Shown here: one piece after another, positions 28,360 through 38,242 of the stretch
How the letters are laid out: the number at the start of each line of letters is the position of its first letter
Numbering within the stretch: the first letter of the stretch is position 1
Assembly: GCA_964531015.1 (NCBI GenBank)
Contig: CAZHCP010000002.1
Span: 1-47,938 of the forward strand
Reading direction: 5' to 3'
DNA: 47,938 bases
Source of the DNA: an uncultured Muribaculaceae bacterium
GTDB lineage: Bacteria; Cyanobacteriota; Vampirovibrionia; Gastranaerophilales; Gastranaerophilaceae
The notes under the pieces: generated by a model
Seen by the model: the letters and a program-made list of their open reading frames with translations, nothing else
The model's database searches: none
Told to the model about the DNA's origin: nothing
Translations under genes and position numbers: made by a program

Positions 28360-29547
28360 TTACAAAGAATTTTTATAAATAGCCTTAATTCTTTCCGGAT
28401 TTGCATCATTCGGAGCCAATGAAAGGAGTCCGTCCAAAGAAGGTGTCGTTTTTGCAAGGTTTACCAATTTATCGACATCACTTTCTTTAAAGCCTTCATC
28501 TTTCAATTTATTTGAAACGCCGACCGATTTTAACCATTCATATACTTTTGCTTCCGCTTCGTTTGCGTTTGTTATCTTTCCTGCAACGGGTTCCAATATA
28601 TATGCCAAGGTTTCGGCTTTGTCGTTATATATTTCTTTTACAACCGCCGGCAACAACATTGCCAATCCCAAACCGTGTGACAGGTCGGGTTTTATCGCAC
28701 TCAACGGATGTTCAAGTGCATGCGTATAATGCAACAATCCGTTATCAAAGCAAACACCGCCCATTAATGCGGCATAAGCCAAGAAGTATCTGCTTTCCAA
28801 ATCTTCCGGATTTTTTATTGCAACAGGCAAATATTTTGCAACCAAAGTTATGACTTCTCTTGCCAAAGTTACGGTATAAGGTGATGCAACTTTTGATGTA
28901 GCTGCTTCAACAACGTGATTTACCGCATCAATAGAAACATATTTTGTTTGATTTAATGATAATTTTGTCATTAATTTCGGGTCGTCTATTGCAAACATCG
29001 GATATATGCAATCATAAGCAATTGCAGGTTTATATTCTTTTTCAGGTATCGTAACAACCGCAAATCTGTTTGTTTCAGAACCCGTACCGTGCGTTAAGTT
29101 AATTGCAACAATCGGAACGGCTTTTTCGGGAGTAAACTTAAATTCATATAAGTCACTTGCCGTTTTGTCAGGGTATTCCAACAATATTGCAACGGATTTT
29201 CCGGCATCGATAGGAGAACCTCCGCCGATTGAAATTACGGCTTTTGCACCGAAATCTTTTGCAATTCTTACCGCTTCGTCAACGGAATGTGTCGTCGGAT
29301 TCGGAGTTACTCCGTCATAATTTACATAAGCAACGCCGTTTTCTTTTAACGCTTTTTCGACATAAGCCCACGCTCCTGTCGATTTATATGCGTTTTTACC
29401 TGACATTACGATTACTTTATCAATATTTTTTGATTTTAATTCTTTTGCGATACAATCAATTTTTTCAATTGCTCCGCAACCGAAAAATACGGTTGTTCTT
29501 GTTCTTATTTCAAAAACCTGATTAATATTTATGTCTTTTTCCCACAT
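28360..29547 (-). CDS. iron-containing (group III) alcohol dehydrogenase
   Basis: GGGSPIDAGK motif and the HxxxH metal region (HYTHALEHPLS). 395 aa. Confidence 0.9.
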   Translation of the reverse strand: MWEKDININQVFEIRTRTTVFFGCGAIEKIDCIAKELKSKNIDKVIVMSGKNAYKSTGAWAYVEKALKENGVAYVNYDGVTPNPTTHSVDEAVRIAKDFGAKAVISIGGGSPIDAGKSVAILLEYPDKTASDLYEFKFTPEKAVPIVAINLTHGTGSETNRFAVVTIPEKEYKPAIAYDCIYPMFAIDDPKLMTKLSLNQTKYVSIDAVNHVVEAATSKVASPYTVTLAREVITLVAKYLPVAIKNPEDLESRYFLAYAALMGGVCFDNGLLHYTHALEHPLSAIKPDLSHGLGLAMLLPAVVKEIYNDKAETLAYILEPVAGKITNANEAEAKVYEWLKSVGVSNKLKDEGFKESDVDKLVNLAKTTPSLDGLLSLAPNDANPERIKAIYKNSL

Positions 29548-29551
29548 ATTT

Positions 29552-30997
29552 TTAACCTCTTTCTATATCCGTACTTTTATCCAATAAATCATTCAATATT
29601 TTCTTTGAAGTTTTATAGTTTGTAATGGTTGAATTTCCGCAAATACAACCGCCTTCACAACACATTACTTCCACAATATTGCCCTCGTCGCAATTGCCCG
29701 TTTGAGCATACTTTTTGATTTGTTTTATTGAATCTTTATTGATTCCGTTTATAATTACGGGTTTTGTTTCGCATTTTGCACAATATTTTACGGCTTCGGC
29801 AACTCCGCCCGAAAGCGGGAATTTTCTTCCCTGTTTGGAGGGAATTACATCCGTTTTTTCATCTTCGCAATTTAAAATTTCAATTCCCGTACCGATAAAT
29901 ATTGCCCCCAGTTCTTCGGCATTAAGGACAAAATCAACATTATTATTTTCCGCCGCTTCCTGCTTCTTTGCCACGCAAGGGCTTACAAATACGATTTTTG
30001 CTTCAGGGTGTTCTTTCCTTGCAATTTCAGCCGTATAATACATCGGTGTTTTTGTTGTTGATTCATACGGTTTTATATCGCCCAAATGTTTCTTTATAAG
30101 TTCGTTATACCCTGCACAGCATGACGTTGTCATAAAGTTTTCGCCTTGTTCCATTCTTTCTTCAAGTTCTGCGGCTTCATTCTTTATCGTAACATCAGCC
30201 CCTTGTGCAACTTCATATACATTTGTAAATCCGATTTTTTTCATTGCATTTTTCAACTGACCGATACTGCCGGGGAATTGACCCGCTATTGCCGGTGCAA
30301 ACATTACCGATACATTTTCTTTGTTTTTTAACAATTTTAATACATCAACCAACTGACTTTTTTCATGTACCGCACCGAACGGACAGCTTGAAACACATTT
30401 TCCGCACAATATACAATTGTCAAAGTCGATTTTCGCAGTTCCGTCCTCGTTCTTTTGAATTGCATTTACGGGGCAATTATCTTCACAAGGCACCGCTACT
30501 TTTACAATTGCACTGTACGGGCATGCGGATATACACATCTTACAATTTCTGCATTTGCTTGAATCAATAACCGAACGTCCGTTTACTATTTCTATTGCAC
30601 CGAACTTACAAGCCGATTTACAAGGTCTTGCAACGCAACCCTGACACAAATCGGTTACAAAAATTCGTTTCGGAACACAACCTTTGCAAGCCGCACCCAA
30701 AACCGTTAAATGGTTATCCGCAAGTTCTTCTCTTTCTACGGATTTTTTTGCATATTCGCTTAATGAAACCGTTTCGTCATCATCTTCAATGGCAAAGCCT
30801 AACCCTGCAATAACTCTGTCTTTTATTATTGCACGTTCTTTGTATATACAACAACGATACGGTACTTCCGCACCCTTCGGACGCATGTCAAACGGGATTA
30901 ATCTTGTATTTTTTTCAAAATCTCCCGAAAAAAACGCCCTTACTATTCTTATTAATATTTCCTTTTTTAAGTGTATTGAGTTACTTGTATTATTCAT
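29552..30997 (-). CDS. [FeFe]-hydrogenase catalytic subunit with N-terminal multi-[4Fe-4S] ferredoxin domains
   Basis: H-cluster motifs are L1 MTTSCCAG, L2 VSPCVAKKQE and L3 VEVMCCEGGCICG. Several CxxCxxCxxxCP motifs are present. Confidence 0.85.
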   Translation of the reverse strand: MNNTSNSIHLKKEILIRIVRAFFSGDFEKNTRLIPFDMRPKGAEVPYRCCIYKERAIIKDRVIAGLGFAIEDDDETVSLSEYAKKSVEREELADNHLTVLGAACKGCVPKRIFVTDLCQGCVARPCKSACKFGAIEIVNGRSVIDSSKCRNCKMCISACPYSAIVKVAVPCEDNCPVNAIQKNEDGTAKIDFDNCILCGKCVSSCPFGAVHEKSQLVDVLKLLKNKENVSVMFAPAIAGQFPGSIGQLKNAMKKIGFTNVYEVAQGADVTIKNEAAELEERMEQGENFMTTSCCAGYNELIKKHLGDIKPYESTTKTPMYYTAEIARKEHPEAKIVFVSPCVAKKQEAAENNNVDFVLNAEELGAIFIGTGIEILNCEDEKTDVIPSKQGRKFPLSGGVAEAVKYCAKCETKPVIINGINKDSIKQIKKYAQTGNCDEGNIVEVMCCEGGCICGNSTITNYKTSKKILNDLLDKSTDIERG

Positions 30998-31253
30998 TTT
31001 TTGCTAACTGTCTTTCAATTTCCGCCAATACTTTTTCCACCGTTGCTTCCTGTACAACTTCATCATTTACTTTTACGTAGGGAGCTTTTGAAAATTCCCA
31101 TTTTGTCGAGCATACGCCCAAACAGGGACTTCCCGTTACTTCCACTTTATCTCCGTATTTGTTGGGAATTACATCCGTCAAACCCTGCAAGTTTGATGAA
31201 CCCATTACAAAACAAGTTGTTCCTAAACATACTTTTACTTCGATTTTTTTCAT
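30990..31253 (-). CDS. thioredoxin-like [2Fe-2S] ferredoxin (NuoE/HydC-like small protein)
   Basis: ATG at 31253 lies after GGTGGA. MKKIEVKVCLGTTCFVMGS...GSPCLGVCS carries the Cys pattern. The track start at 31280 is rejected. Confidence 0.7.
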   Translation of the reverse strand: MKKIEVKVCLGTTCFVMGSSNLQGLTDVIPNKYGDKVEVTGSPCLGVCSTKWEFSKAPYVKVNDEVVQEATVEKVLAEIERQLAKNE

Positions 31254-31260
31254 TTCCACC

Positions 31261-32418
31261 TCACATATACTTAACTGCAACTTTTTTCATATATTTTGTT
31301 ATCAATAAATGTTCTATTTTCTTTATTATATTCTTTCTGATTTCAATTTCAATCGGCATATTAGGATCATAATGTGCCTGATTTATTTTAGCACCAACCA
31401 TAAAGGTTATACAATCGGAATCCAGTAAAAACTCAATCAATTTGCCTGCCGCATCATCCTCATATTCACCTTTATCCAGATAATCAACCACCTTTGTTAA
31501 TGTTAATATACCTTCGGTGACTAAATCAACCCCCTCCATGTATGAAATTGAAGGAAGTTTGCCTATGTTTAACGACATATCGACTTTAATTCCTATGTTT
31601 AATTCTCTTGATATTAAAGAAGCCGTCGTTCCTCCGCATATTGCTTTCTTTCCTTCAAAATTCTTAAACACGTTTGCATAATAACTGTCTTTTGTCTGGT
31701 GATAAGGAGGCCCCGTGAAGATAAGCGAATTTCTCGGAGTTCTGTAATATACGCATACGCACGATACGTCATCCTTCGGTTTTCTGTCCGGCTCCGCCAA
31801 TATTGCCTGCTTTACAACGTATTTACTTAAATCTCTGCTCGATATTTCCGGATTTGAAGCCAATTTGTTTAAAACAACCCTTATTAATCCGTCACGTCTT
31901 AAACCCAACCGCATTGCTTTTGAACCCAATGCCGCCTGCGTTACCCCGTCCGAGCAAAATACCAATCTGTCACCTTCCTGTAATTTTAGGTTATATATGT
32001 GCATGTGCCTGTTCGGAAAAGTTTTTGACGTTATTTCCGTACACGTCGGCTCGATTGTTTCATTTCCTCTTATCCATAAAAATTGAGGATTTCCTTCCTC
32101 TACTATTTTTACATTTCCTTCATCATCGCAATCAAGTGCGGAAAACGTTGAATAACTTATTTTTCTTACCTGACAAACCGGCAGAGAATTTAACACGATT
32201 TCACACGCTTTTCTTATATCAACTTCCGCTTCGACGAATTTTAAAAGCATTGTTGCCGTCATGGAAGCCAATATGTTTGCTTTTATTCCGCTCCCGAGCC
32301 CGTCCGATAATACCGCAATTAATCTTCCCGTATCGGCAAACCTTTTTGACGTGAAATAATCCCCATACGCATTTTGGTTATACTTCTTCTCTTGCGAAAA
32401 ATCTACATCAACAAACAT
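31261..32418 (-). CDS. PP2C/SpoIIE-family serine phosphatase
   Basis: LSDGLGSGIKANILASM and FCSDGV motifs. Its start overlaps the upstream stop (TAATG). Confidence 0.8.
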   Translation of the reverse strand: MFVDVDFSQEKKYNQNAYGDYFTSKRFADTGRLIAVLSDGLGSGIKANILASMTATMLLKFVEAEVDIRKACEIVLNSLPVCQVRKISYSTFSALDCDDEGNVKIVEEGNPQFLWIRGNETIEPTCTEITSKTFPNRHMHIYNLKLQEGDRLVFCSDGVTQAALGSKAMRLGLRRDGLIRVVLNKLASNPEISSRDLSKYVVKQAILAEPDRKPKDDVSCVCVYYRTPRNSLIFTGPPYHQTKDSYYANVFKNFEGKKAICGGTTASLISRELNIGIKVDMSLNIGKLPSISYMEGVDLVTEGILTLTKVVDYLDKGEYEDDAAGKLIEFLLDSDCITFMVGAKINQAHYDPNMPIEIEIRKNIIKKIEHLLITKYMKKVAVKYM

Positions 32419-34133
32419 TAACTTTCCTCGCCGTTATCCGCATAATCGGCTGCAATCGAACTTAACAGCATTTCCGTTTCAACCATGTGCTCACCCAACA
32501 GGCACGCTATTTCCTGTACCGTAGCAATGTTCTTTGTTATAACCTCTTTCGCTTTTAAAGCTATTTTTTCTCTGTCGGTTTCGTTTGCCGTAACATCGGT
32601 TATTACCGCTCCTACTATTTCACTTTCTTCAATTACAAACGCATTTATATCGTATAATCTGTTTTTGCTCGGATAATGTTCCTTATGTATATCAACATTC
32701 GTTTTTAACATCTTTTTGAAAATATCGCTAAATGGAATTATTCGGTCGATTAATGCTCCCTTTAAACCTTCTTCACGCTCCGAAAATATTTCATACATGT
32801 CTTCACAAAACATGTGCAAAAATTTATCGTTTGCTTCCACTATTTTTAAATCTTTATCGACCATTACTATTGCCGCCGGCATGCACCTTAACATCGCCGC
32901 CGATTTCTTCATTGCCATTTTTCTCATATATGATACGCACATTGAAGGTTCTGCTTCGCCGGAAAGCAATGCCACAGCCAAATCACGACATGTTGAATAT
33001 CCGCAACCGCCACAATTTAATTCTTCTTCTTCTTTTGTTTTTCCTATTTTTTTCATTGCTTCGGAAATTTCATCCGGTGTATATTCGACTTCTTCAATAT
33101 GAACTTCTTTAAATTCTTCTTCCACAACGGTTTGTGCGTGTTTGGGGATATCCTCTCTGTAATTTACCTTTGACAATATTTCCGATTTTATGGTAAGCCC
33201 CGATTTCTTTGTGGATTTACAAGGTCCGTTAACGCAGCCGGTTTCACACGCCAATGCCTCCAAAAAGATTTTTTTATCAGTCTTTCCGCTTTTATATCCG
33301 TCTAACGTATTATCAAACGATTTTAAACCGCTTACGCTTATAAGAATTGTCTTTTTATCAACACCCGCAAGTTTCATCGTATCATTCATTCCGCCTTCGA
33401 TAGGATAAAGCGAACCTTCGTTTGAAAGTTCCGGCACAAAAACATCATCCTTTGAAGCCTTCACTTCCTCGGGGTTTATATACTCTTCTTTTATCCAATA
33501 ATTTAACTCATCAAAAGTTAATGCAATGTCTATCAAATCTTTGTGTTTATCCGATTCGTTTTTCTTTCCGATACAAGGACCTATAAAAACTATTGAAATA
33601 TCTTTGCCGAATTTTTCTTTAAGATATTTTGCATGCGTTAACGCCGGAGAAGCAAACGGAATTATGTTTTTAACAAATCCGGGTTTATATATCCTTATGT
33701 AATCGGCAATAACAGGGCAAGCACTTGATATATACAATCCGTTATCCTGTTTTTTTAACCATTCGGCAGTTTTTAACGTTACTTCCTGTGCACCGATTGC
33801 GGTTTCACTCACCGCATAAAATCCCAATCGTTTTAATAAAGCAATCATTTTCTCCGGTGATAAATCATATATTCCTGCCCAACTCGGAGCTAACGAAACA
33901 TATACTTTTTTCCCCGCTACAAATAATGTTTTGACCTTGCCTATATCGTTTCTGACCCTTTTTGCATTCGCAGGACAAGCCGTTACGCAATGTCCGCACG
34001 CTATACATTTATCACTGATTACCGAGGCACTGCCGTTTTGTATTTTTATTGCCTTGACCTGACATTCCCGTACGCATTTATAACAGTCGTGACACTCATT
34101 ATTCAATGTATATACGGGATAAAGATTATTCAT
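32418..34133 (-). CDS. putative sensory [FeFe]-hydrogenase (group C / HydS-like) with C-terminal extra Cys4 motif and PAS domain
   Basis: L1 is ISSACP (Ala replaces the first Cys of TSCCP), L2 is IGPCIGKKNE and L3 is LEALACETGCVNGP. These are followed by CGGCGYSTCRDLA and the PAS-like AAIVMVDKDLKIVEANDKFLHMF. Confidence 0.8.
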   Translation of the reverse strand: MNNLYPVYTLNNECHDCYKCVRECQVKAIKIQNGSASVISDKCIACGHCVTACPANAKRVRNDIGKVKTLFVAGKKVYVSLAPSWAGIYDLSPEKMIALLKRLGFYAVSETAIGAQEVTLKTAEWLKKQDNGLYISSACPVIADYIRIYKPGFVKNIIPFASPALTHAKYLKEKFGKDISIVFIGPCIGKKNESDKHKDLIDIALTFDELNYWIKEEYINPEEVKASKDDVFVPELSNEGSLYPIEGGMNDTMKLAGVDKKTILISVSGLKSFDNTLDGYKSGKTDKKIFLEALACETGCVNGPCKSTKKSGLTIKSEILSKVNYREDIPKHAQTVVEEEFKEVHIEEVEYTPDEISEAMKKIGKTKEEEELNCGGCGYSTCRDLAVALLSGEAEPSMCVSYMRKMAMKKSAAMLRCMPAAIVMVDKDLKIVEANDKFLHMFCEDMYEIFSEREEGLKGALIDRIIPFSDIFKKMLKTNVDIHKEHYPSKNRLYDINAFVIEESEIVGAVITDVTANETDREKIALKAKEVITKNIATVQEIACLLGEHMVETEMLLSSIAADYADNGEES

Positions 34134-34368
34134 TTTTTATACCTTCAAGTATTTGTAGTACCTTTTCTTCGTCCGAACTGTTGATACATTCGCCGTTTAC
34201 ATATATGTTCGGACCGTTTTCACATACATTATTACATCTTGCTCCGATTAATTCAATCTTTGCATCTAATTTGTTTTCACTTATATAGTCTTCTATTAAT
34301 TCTGCAATTCTGTCATTTCCCCTTGCAAAACATGCACTGCCCATGCACACTTTTATCTCAGTCGTCAT
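34126..34368 (-). CDS. thioredoxin-like [2Fe-2S] ferredoxin
   Basis: MTTEIKVCMGSACFARGN...GARCNNVCENGP. Overlaps both neighbouring genes. Confidence 0.7.
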   Translation of the reverse strand: MTTEIKVCMGSACFARGNDRIAELIEDYISENKLDAKIELIGARCNNVCENGPNIYVNGECINSSDEEKVLQILEGIKNE

Positions 34369-34990
34369 TTGTTGCCTCTTCTTCCGCTACAAACTGCAAA
34401 AAATTTCCTATTAAATTTTCGTTCCAAACCTTTACGCTTTTATTAACACTTAATACTCTCGGTGTAAAATTCCAAATGTATTTTATTCCCGATGAAACCA
34501 AAAAATCCGCACATTCCTGTGCGTTATCCTTCGGTACCGTTAAAATCGCAACTTCCACATTTAACCTTTTTATCAAATTCGGTAATTTTGATATGTGAAA
34601 TACCTCTTTATTATTTATTATACTCCCTACTTTATTAACATCGTTGTCAAACAATGCCAAAATATTTAAACCGTAATCTTTTAAGTCCTCATATTTTAAC
34701 AGTGCCGTTCCTAAATTCCCGGCACCGATTATAAATATGTCTTTAATTTTTTGAAAGCCTAATGCTTCTTCAATGTTCTTTTTTAATGTTTTTACGTTGT
34801 ATCCGATTTTACATTTTCCCGTATTATTTACGAATTTTATGTCTTTTCGGATTTGAGATTCATCTATGTCCAATAACTCGGATATCCGAGGGCTTGAAAT
34901 ATATTCAAGCCCTGATTGTTCATGTTCACTTAATATAAAGTGATAAAGCGTCAATCTTTTAATTACCTTTTCGGATATTCGATTTCTCAT
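34358..34990 (-). CDS. rex: redox-sensing transcriptional repressor Rex
   Basis: Winged-helix N-terminus (RLTLYHFIL...ISSPRISELLDIDESQIRKDI) plus Rossmann motif IIGAGNLGTALL. Confidence 0.9.
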   Translation of the reverse strand: MRNRISEKVIKRLTLYHFILSEHEQSGLEYISSPRISELLDIDESQIRKDIKFVNNTGKCKIGYNVKTLKKNIEEALGFQKIKDIFIIGAGNLGTALLKYEDLKDYGLNILALFDNDVNKVGSIINNKEVFHISKLPNLIKRLNVEVAILTVPKDNAQECADFLVSSGIKYIWNFTPRVLSVNKSVKVWNENLIGNFLQFVAEEEATNDD

Positions 34991-34994
34991 TTAT

Positions 34995-37634
34995 TTATAC
35001 AACTCCGTTATACGCATCAATGTAGATTTGTTTAATTTCTTCCATTAACGGATAAGCCGGATTTGCACCCGTACATTGGTCATCAAATGCCAATTCAACC
35101 AACTCGTCAAGATTTTCCATAAATGTTTTTTCATCTACGCCAAATTCTTTAATTGAAGTAGGTAAGTTTAATTCTTTCTTCAATTTTGTTACGGCATCCA
35201 ACAACAATTGTACTTTTTCATCGTCGTTTTTACCGCCGAGTTTCAATTCATCCGCAATTTGACCGTATTTTGCTTTTGCATTCGGGAATTTATATTGCGG
35301 GAATATACATTGTTTTCTCGGTTTGTCGGTAGCATTGAATTTAATTACCTGATTGATTAACAATGCGTTAGCAACACCGTGGGGAACATTGTACATTGCA
35401 CCCAATTTGTGAGCCATTGAGTGGCACAATCCCAAGAAGGAGTTTGCAAATGCCATACCTGCAATTGTTGCGGCATAGTGCATTTTTTCTCTTGCAATCG
35501 GGTCGTTTGAACCTTCGTTGTATGAACGGGGTAAGTATTTGAATACTTGTTTGATTGCTTCCAATGCGTTTGAGTTTGTGAAGTTTGTTGCCAATGCGGA
35601 AACATAAGCTTCAATTGCGTGTACCAACGCATCGATACCGGAAGCTGCCGTCAAACCTTTCGGCATACCGTCAACAAAGTTCGGGTCAATGATTGCCATA
35701 TTAGGCGTTAATGCGTAATCGGCAATAGCATATTTAACGTGAGTTTGATCATCCGTAATAATTGCAAACGGAGTAACTTCACTACCCGTACCTGATGTTG
35801 TAGGAATTGCAACCATTGTTGCTTTCTTACCGAGTTCGGGAATATCACATATTCTTTTTCTGATATCCATAAATCTCATTGAAATATCTTCAAATACCGT
35901 ATCAGGTTGTTCATACATTAACCAAATAATCTTAGCGGCATCCATCGGAGAACCTCCGCCTAATGCAATAATTACATCGGGTTCGTACGGTTTTACGATT
36001 TCCATTGCCTGATTAATCGTAGATAATGTCGGATCAGGTTTAACGTCAAAGAAGATTTGATGGTCAATGCCGACTTCATCAAGAACTTTTACTATGTTAT
36101 CAACGGCACCCGAGTTAAATAAGAATCTGTCGGTTACGATAAATGCACGTTTTTTGCCTTTGAGTTCTCTTAACGCTAAATCAATAGCACCTCTCTTGAA
36201 GTAAATTTTAGGTGGAACTTTGAACCATAACATATTTTCTCTCCTTTCAGCAACGGTTTTGTAATTTAATAAGTGTTCAACTCCGACATTTCCGCTGACT
36301 GCGTTACCGCCCCAAGAGCCGCAACCTAATGTTAATGACGGTTCAAGTTTAAAGTTATATAAGTCACCGATTCCGCCTTGTGAGGAAGGTGAATTGATTA
36401 ATAATCTGCAAGTAGGGATTTTCTTTGCGAAATAATTAATTCTGTCTTGTACTCTTTCATCCGTGTATAAAGCAGCCGAGTGACCCGCACCGCCGATTAA
36501 TACCAATTGATGAGCTTTTTCTACCGCATCTTCAAAGTTTTCCGCTTTGTACATAGCTAAAATCGGTGATAATTTTTCGTGTGCAAACGGATTTTTGATA
36601 TCAACTTCTTTTTCTTCTCCGATTAACACTTTAACGTCTTTATCAACTTTTACGCCTGCCAATTCTGCTATTTTGTATGCACTTTGACCAACGATTGCGG
36701 GGTTTACCGTACCTTGTTCGGTAAGAATGATTTTTGCAACTTTTTCCGCTTCGGCAGGTTCCAATATATATGCACCTCTGTATTCAAATTCTTTTCTTAC
36801 TTCTTCATATATATCTTTTACGATTACTACCGATTGTTCTGAAGCACATATCATACCGTTATCGAATGTTTTTGAAATCAATACGGAAGATACTGCCATT
36901 TGAATATTTGCAGTTTCGTCGATAACAGCGGGAACATTACCGGGACCTACGCCCAATGCCGGTTTTCCTGATGAATATGCCGCTTTAACCATGCCCGGAC
37001 CGCCTGTTGCCAATATGCAAGCAATATCGGGGTGATGTAAAAGTGCATTTGACAAATCCATTGAAGGTTGTTCAATCCAACCGATGATATCAGCCGGAGC
37101 ACCTGCTTTAACGGCTGCTTCCAATACCAATTTGGCAGCTGCGATTGTTGATGCTTTTGCTCTCGGGTGAGGTGAGAAAACAATTGCGTTTCTTGTTTTC
37201 AAAGCAATCAAGGATTTGAAAATTGCCGTTGAAGTCGGGTTTGTCGTAGGAATGATACCTGCGATTACGCCTAAAGGTTCGGCAACGACTTTTGTTCCGT
37301 TGATTTTATCTTCACAGATAATTCCGCAAGTTTTTGCGTTTTTGTGTTTGTTGTAAATGTATTCGGAAGCAAAGTGATTTTTAATAATTTTATCTTCCAC
37401 AATACCCATGCCCGTATCTTGTACTGCCATTTTAGCAAGAGAGATACGAGCTTTATCGGCCGCCGTAGCCGCAGCTTTAAAAATTCTGTCTACATCTTCT
37501 TGTTTAAAAGAGGAATAAATTTCCTGAGCTTTTTTTGCTTTTGCGATGATTTCGTTTAAGCGGTCAAGACCGTTAATTTGAACATCGTTTTTTGTTTCGG
37601 CTTTTTTTGTTTCGTCTGTTTTTGTTTTTGGCAT
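34995..37634 (-). CDS. adhE: bifunctional acetaldehyde-CoA / alcohol dehydrogenase AdhE
   Basis: 879 aa. N-terminal ALDH domain (catalytic-Cys region [10 protein letters not shown]) and C-terminal Fe-ADH domain ([10 protein letters not shown], histidine cluster). Confidence 0.97.
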   Translation of the reverse strand: MPKTKTDETKKAETKNDVQINGLDRLNEIIAKAKKAQEIYSSFKQEDVDRIFKAAATAADKARISLAKMAVQDTGMGIVEDKIIKNHFASEYIYNKHKNAKTCGIICEDKINGTKVVAEPLGVIAGIIPTTNPTSTAIFKSLIALKTRNAIVFSPHPRAKASTIAAAKLVLEAAVKAGAPADIIGWIEQPSMDLSNALLHHPDIACILATGGPGMVKAAYSSGKPALGVGPGNVPAVIDETANIQMAVSSVLISKTFDNGMICASEQSVVIVKDIYEEVRKEFEYRGAYILEPAEAEKVAKIILTEQGTVNPAIVGQSAYKIAELAGVKVDKDVKVLIGEEKEVDIKNPFAHEKLSPILAMYKAENFEDAVEKAHQLVLIGGAGHSAALYTDERVQDRINYFAKKIPTCRLLINSPSSQGGIGDLYNFKLEPSLTLGCGSWGGNAVSGNVGVEHLLNYKTVAERRENMLWFKVPPKIYFKRGAIDLALRELKGKKRAFIVTDRFLFNSGAVDNIVKVLDEVGIDHQIFFDVKPDPTLSTINQAMEIVKPYEPDVIIALGGGSPMDAAKIIWLMYEQPDTVFEDISMRFMDIRKRICDIPELGKKATMVAIPTTSGTGSEVTPFAIITDDQTHVKYAIADYALTPNMAIIDPNFVDGMPKGLTAASGIDALVHAIEAYVSALATNFTNSNALEAIKQVFKYLPRSYNEGSNDPIAREKMHYAATIAGMAFANSFLGLCHSMAHKLGAMYNVPHGVANALLINQVIKFNATDKPRKQCIFPQYKFPNAKAKYGQIADELKLGGKNDDEKVQLLLDAVTKLKKELNLPTSIKEFGVDEKTFMENLDELVELAFDDQCTGANPAYPLMEEIKQIYIDAYNGVV

Positions 37635-37675
37635 TATTTACCCTTTCATATATCGTGATTTTTTTCCTCATTCAT

Positions 37676-37704
37676 AATTTATGATAAAAAAACTTGCTCG
37701 TCAA
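37676..37704 (-). promoter_or_regulatory. candidate adhE-operon promoter (TTGACG-17-TAAATT) with a 6-1-6 palindrome over the -10
   Basis: The minus strand has TTGACG (37704-37699), a 17-nt spacer and TAAATT (37681-37676). The palindrome TCATAA-T-TTATGA at 37672-37684 overlaps the -10. Confidence 0.3.
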
Positions 37705-37895
37705 TAAATATTTGCCGATTTTACAATATCTTTATAATTTCTTTATAAAAGCAATTTCTTTTTTGTATTCGTTCAAATAATCACGATTACTGTGCTCTTG
37801 GCGGATGGTTCGTCGTTATTAATTTGATAAACCCGTTTTCACAATGCCGGTTTTTGACGTAGCTGTATTGCATAATAAAAATAAAAGGGTGAAAC

Positions 37896-38240
37896 ATGAA
37901 ATATTTAATACGAGCAAACAAAGTTGTTTTTAGCGGTAATATGCAAATGATTATGAAATATATTTCTGATTTTTACAAGTCGGAAACAAAATACAATACG
38001 GGCAAACAGGGAGAATGGACGGATTTGGGAAAATTCAAAGCATTTATCGAGTCAATCGGATATGCAATAAAAGATAAAATCCCCGCAAATTGCCGTTGCG
38101 AAGGAACTGCCGTGACAAATGCGGAGTTTAAGAAAATTTGGGGCGAATGTCATTTCAACATAAAAGCCGTAGCGGAAAGATTGCACACGGATGAAAGAAC
38201 GGTCGCTCAAATTGTTAGAAAAATGAAATTGAGGAAATAA
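37896..38240 (+). CDS. small protein (114 aa) with C-terminal helix-turn-helix; first gene of the RtcB-RT operon
   Basis: RBS AAGGGTGA. C-terminal NIKAVAERLHTDERTVAQIVRKM is HTH-like. Its stop lies 2 nt before the rtcB ATG. Confidence 0.65.
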   Translation: MKYLIRANKVVFSGNMQMIMKYISDFYKSETKYNTGKQGEWTDLGKFKAFIESIGYAIKDKIPANCRCEGTAVTNAEFKKIWGECHFNIKAVAERLHTDERTVAQIVRKMKLRK

Positions 38241-38242
38241 TT

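Noticed and set aside
37824-37844. Rex-box-like sequence TTGATAA-N7-TTCACAA between adhE and the RtcB-RT operon.
   Set aside because: Only the right half-site is perfect and the left has two mismatches. The spacer is 7 nt rather than the 4 nt of the TTGTGAA-N4-TTCACAA consensus. The site lies about 190-210 nt from the adhE start.
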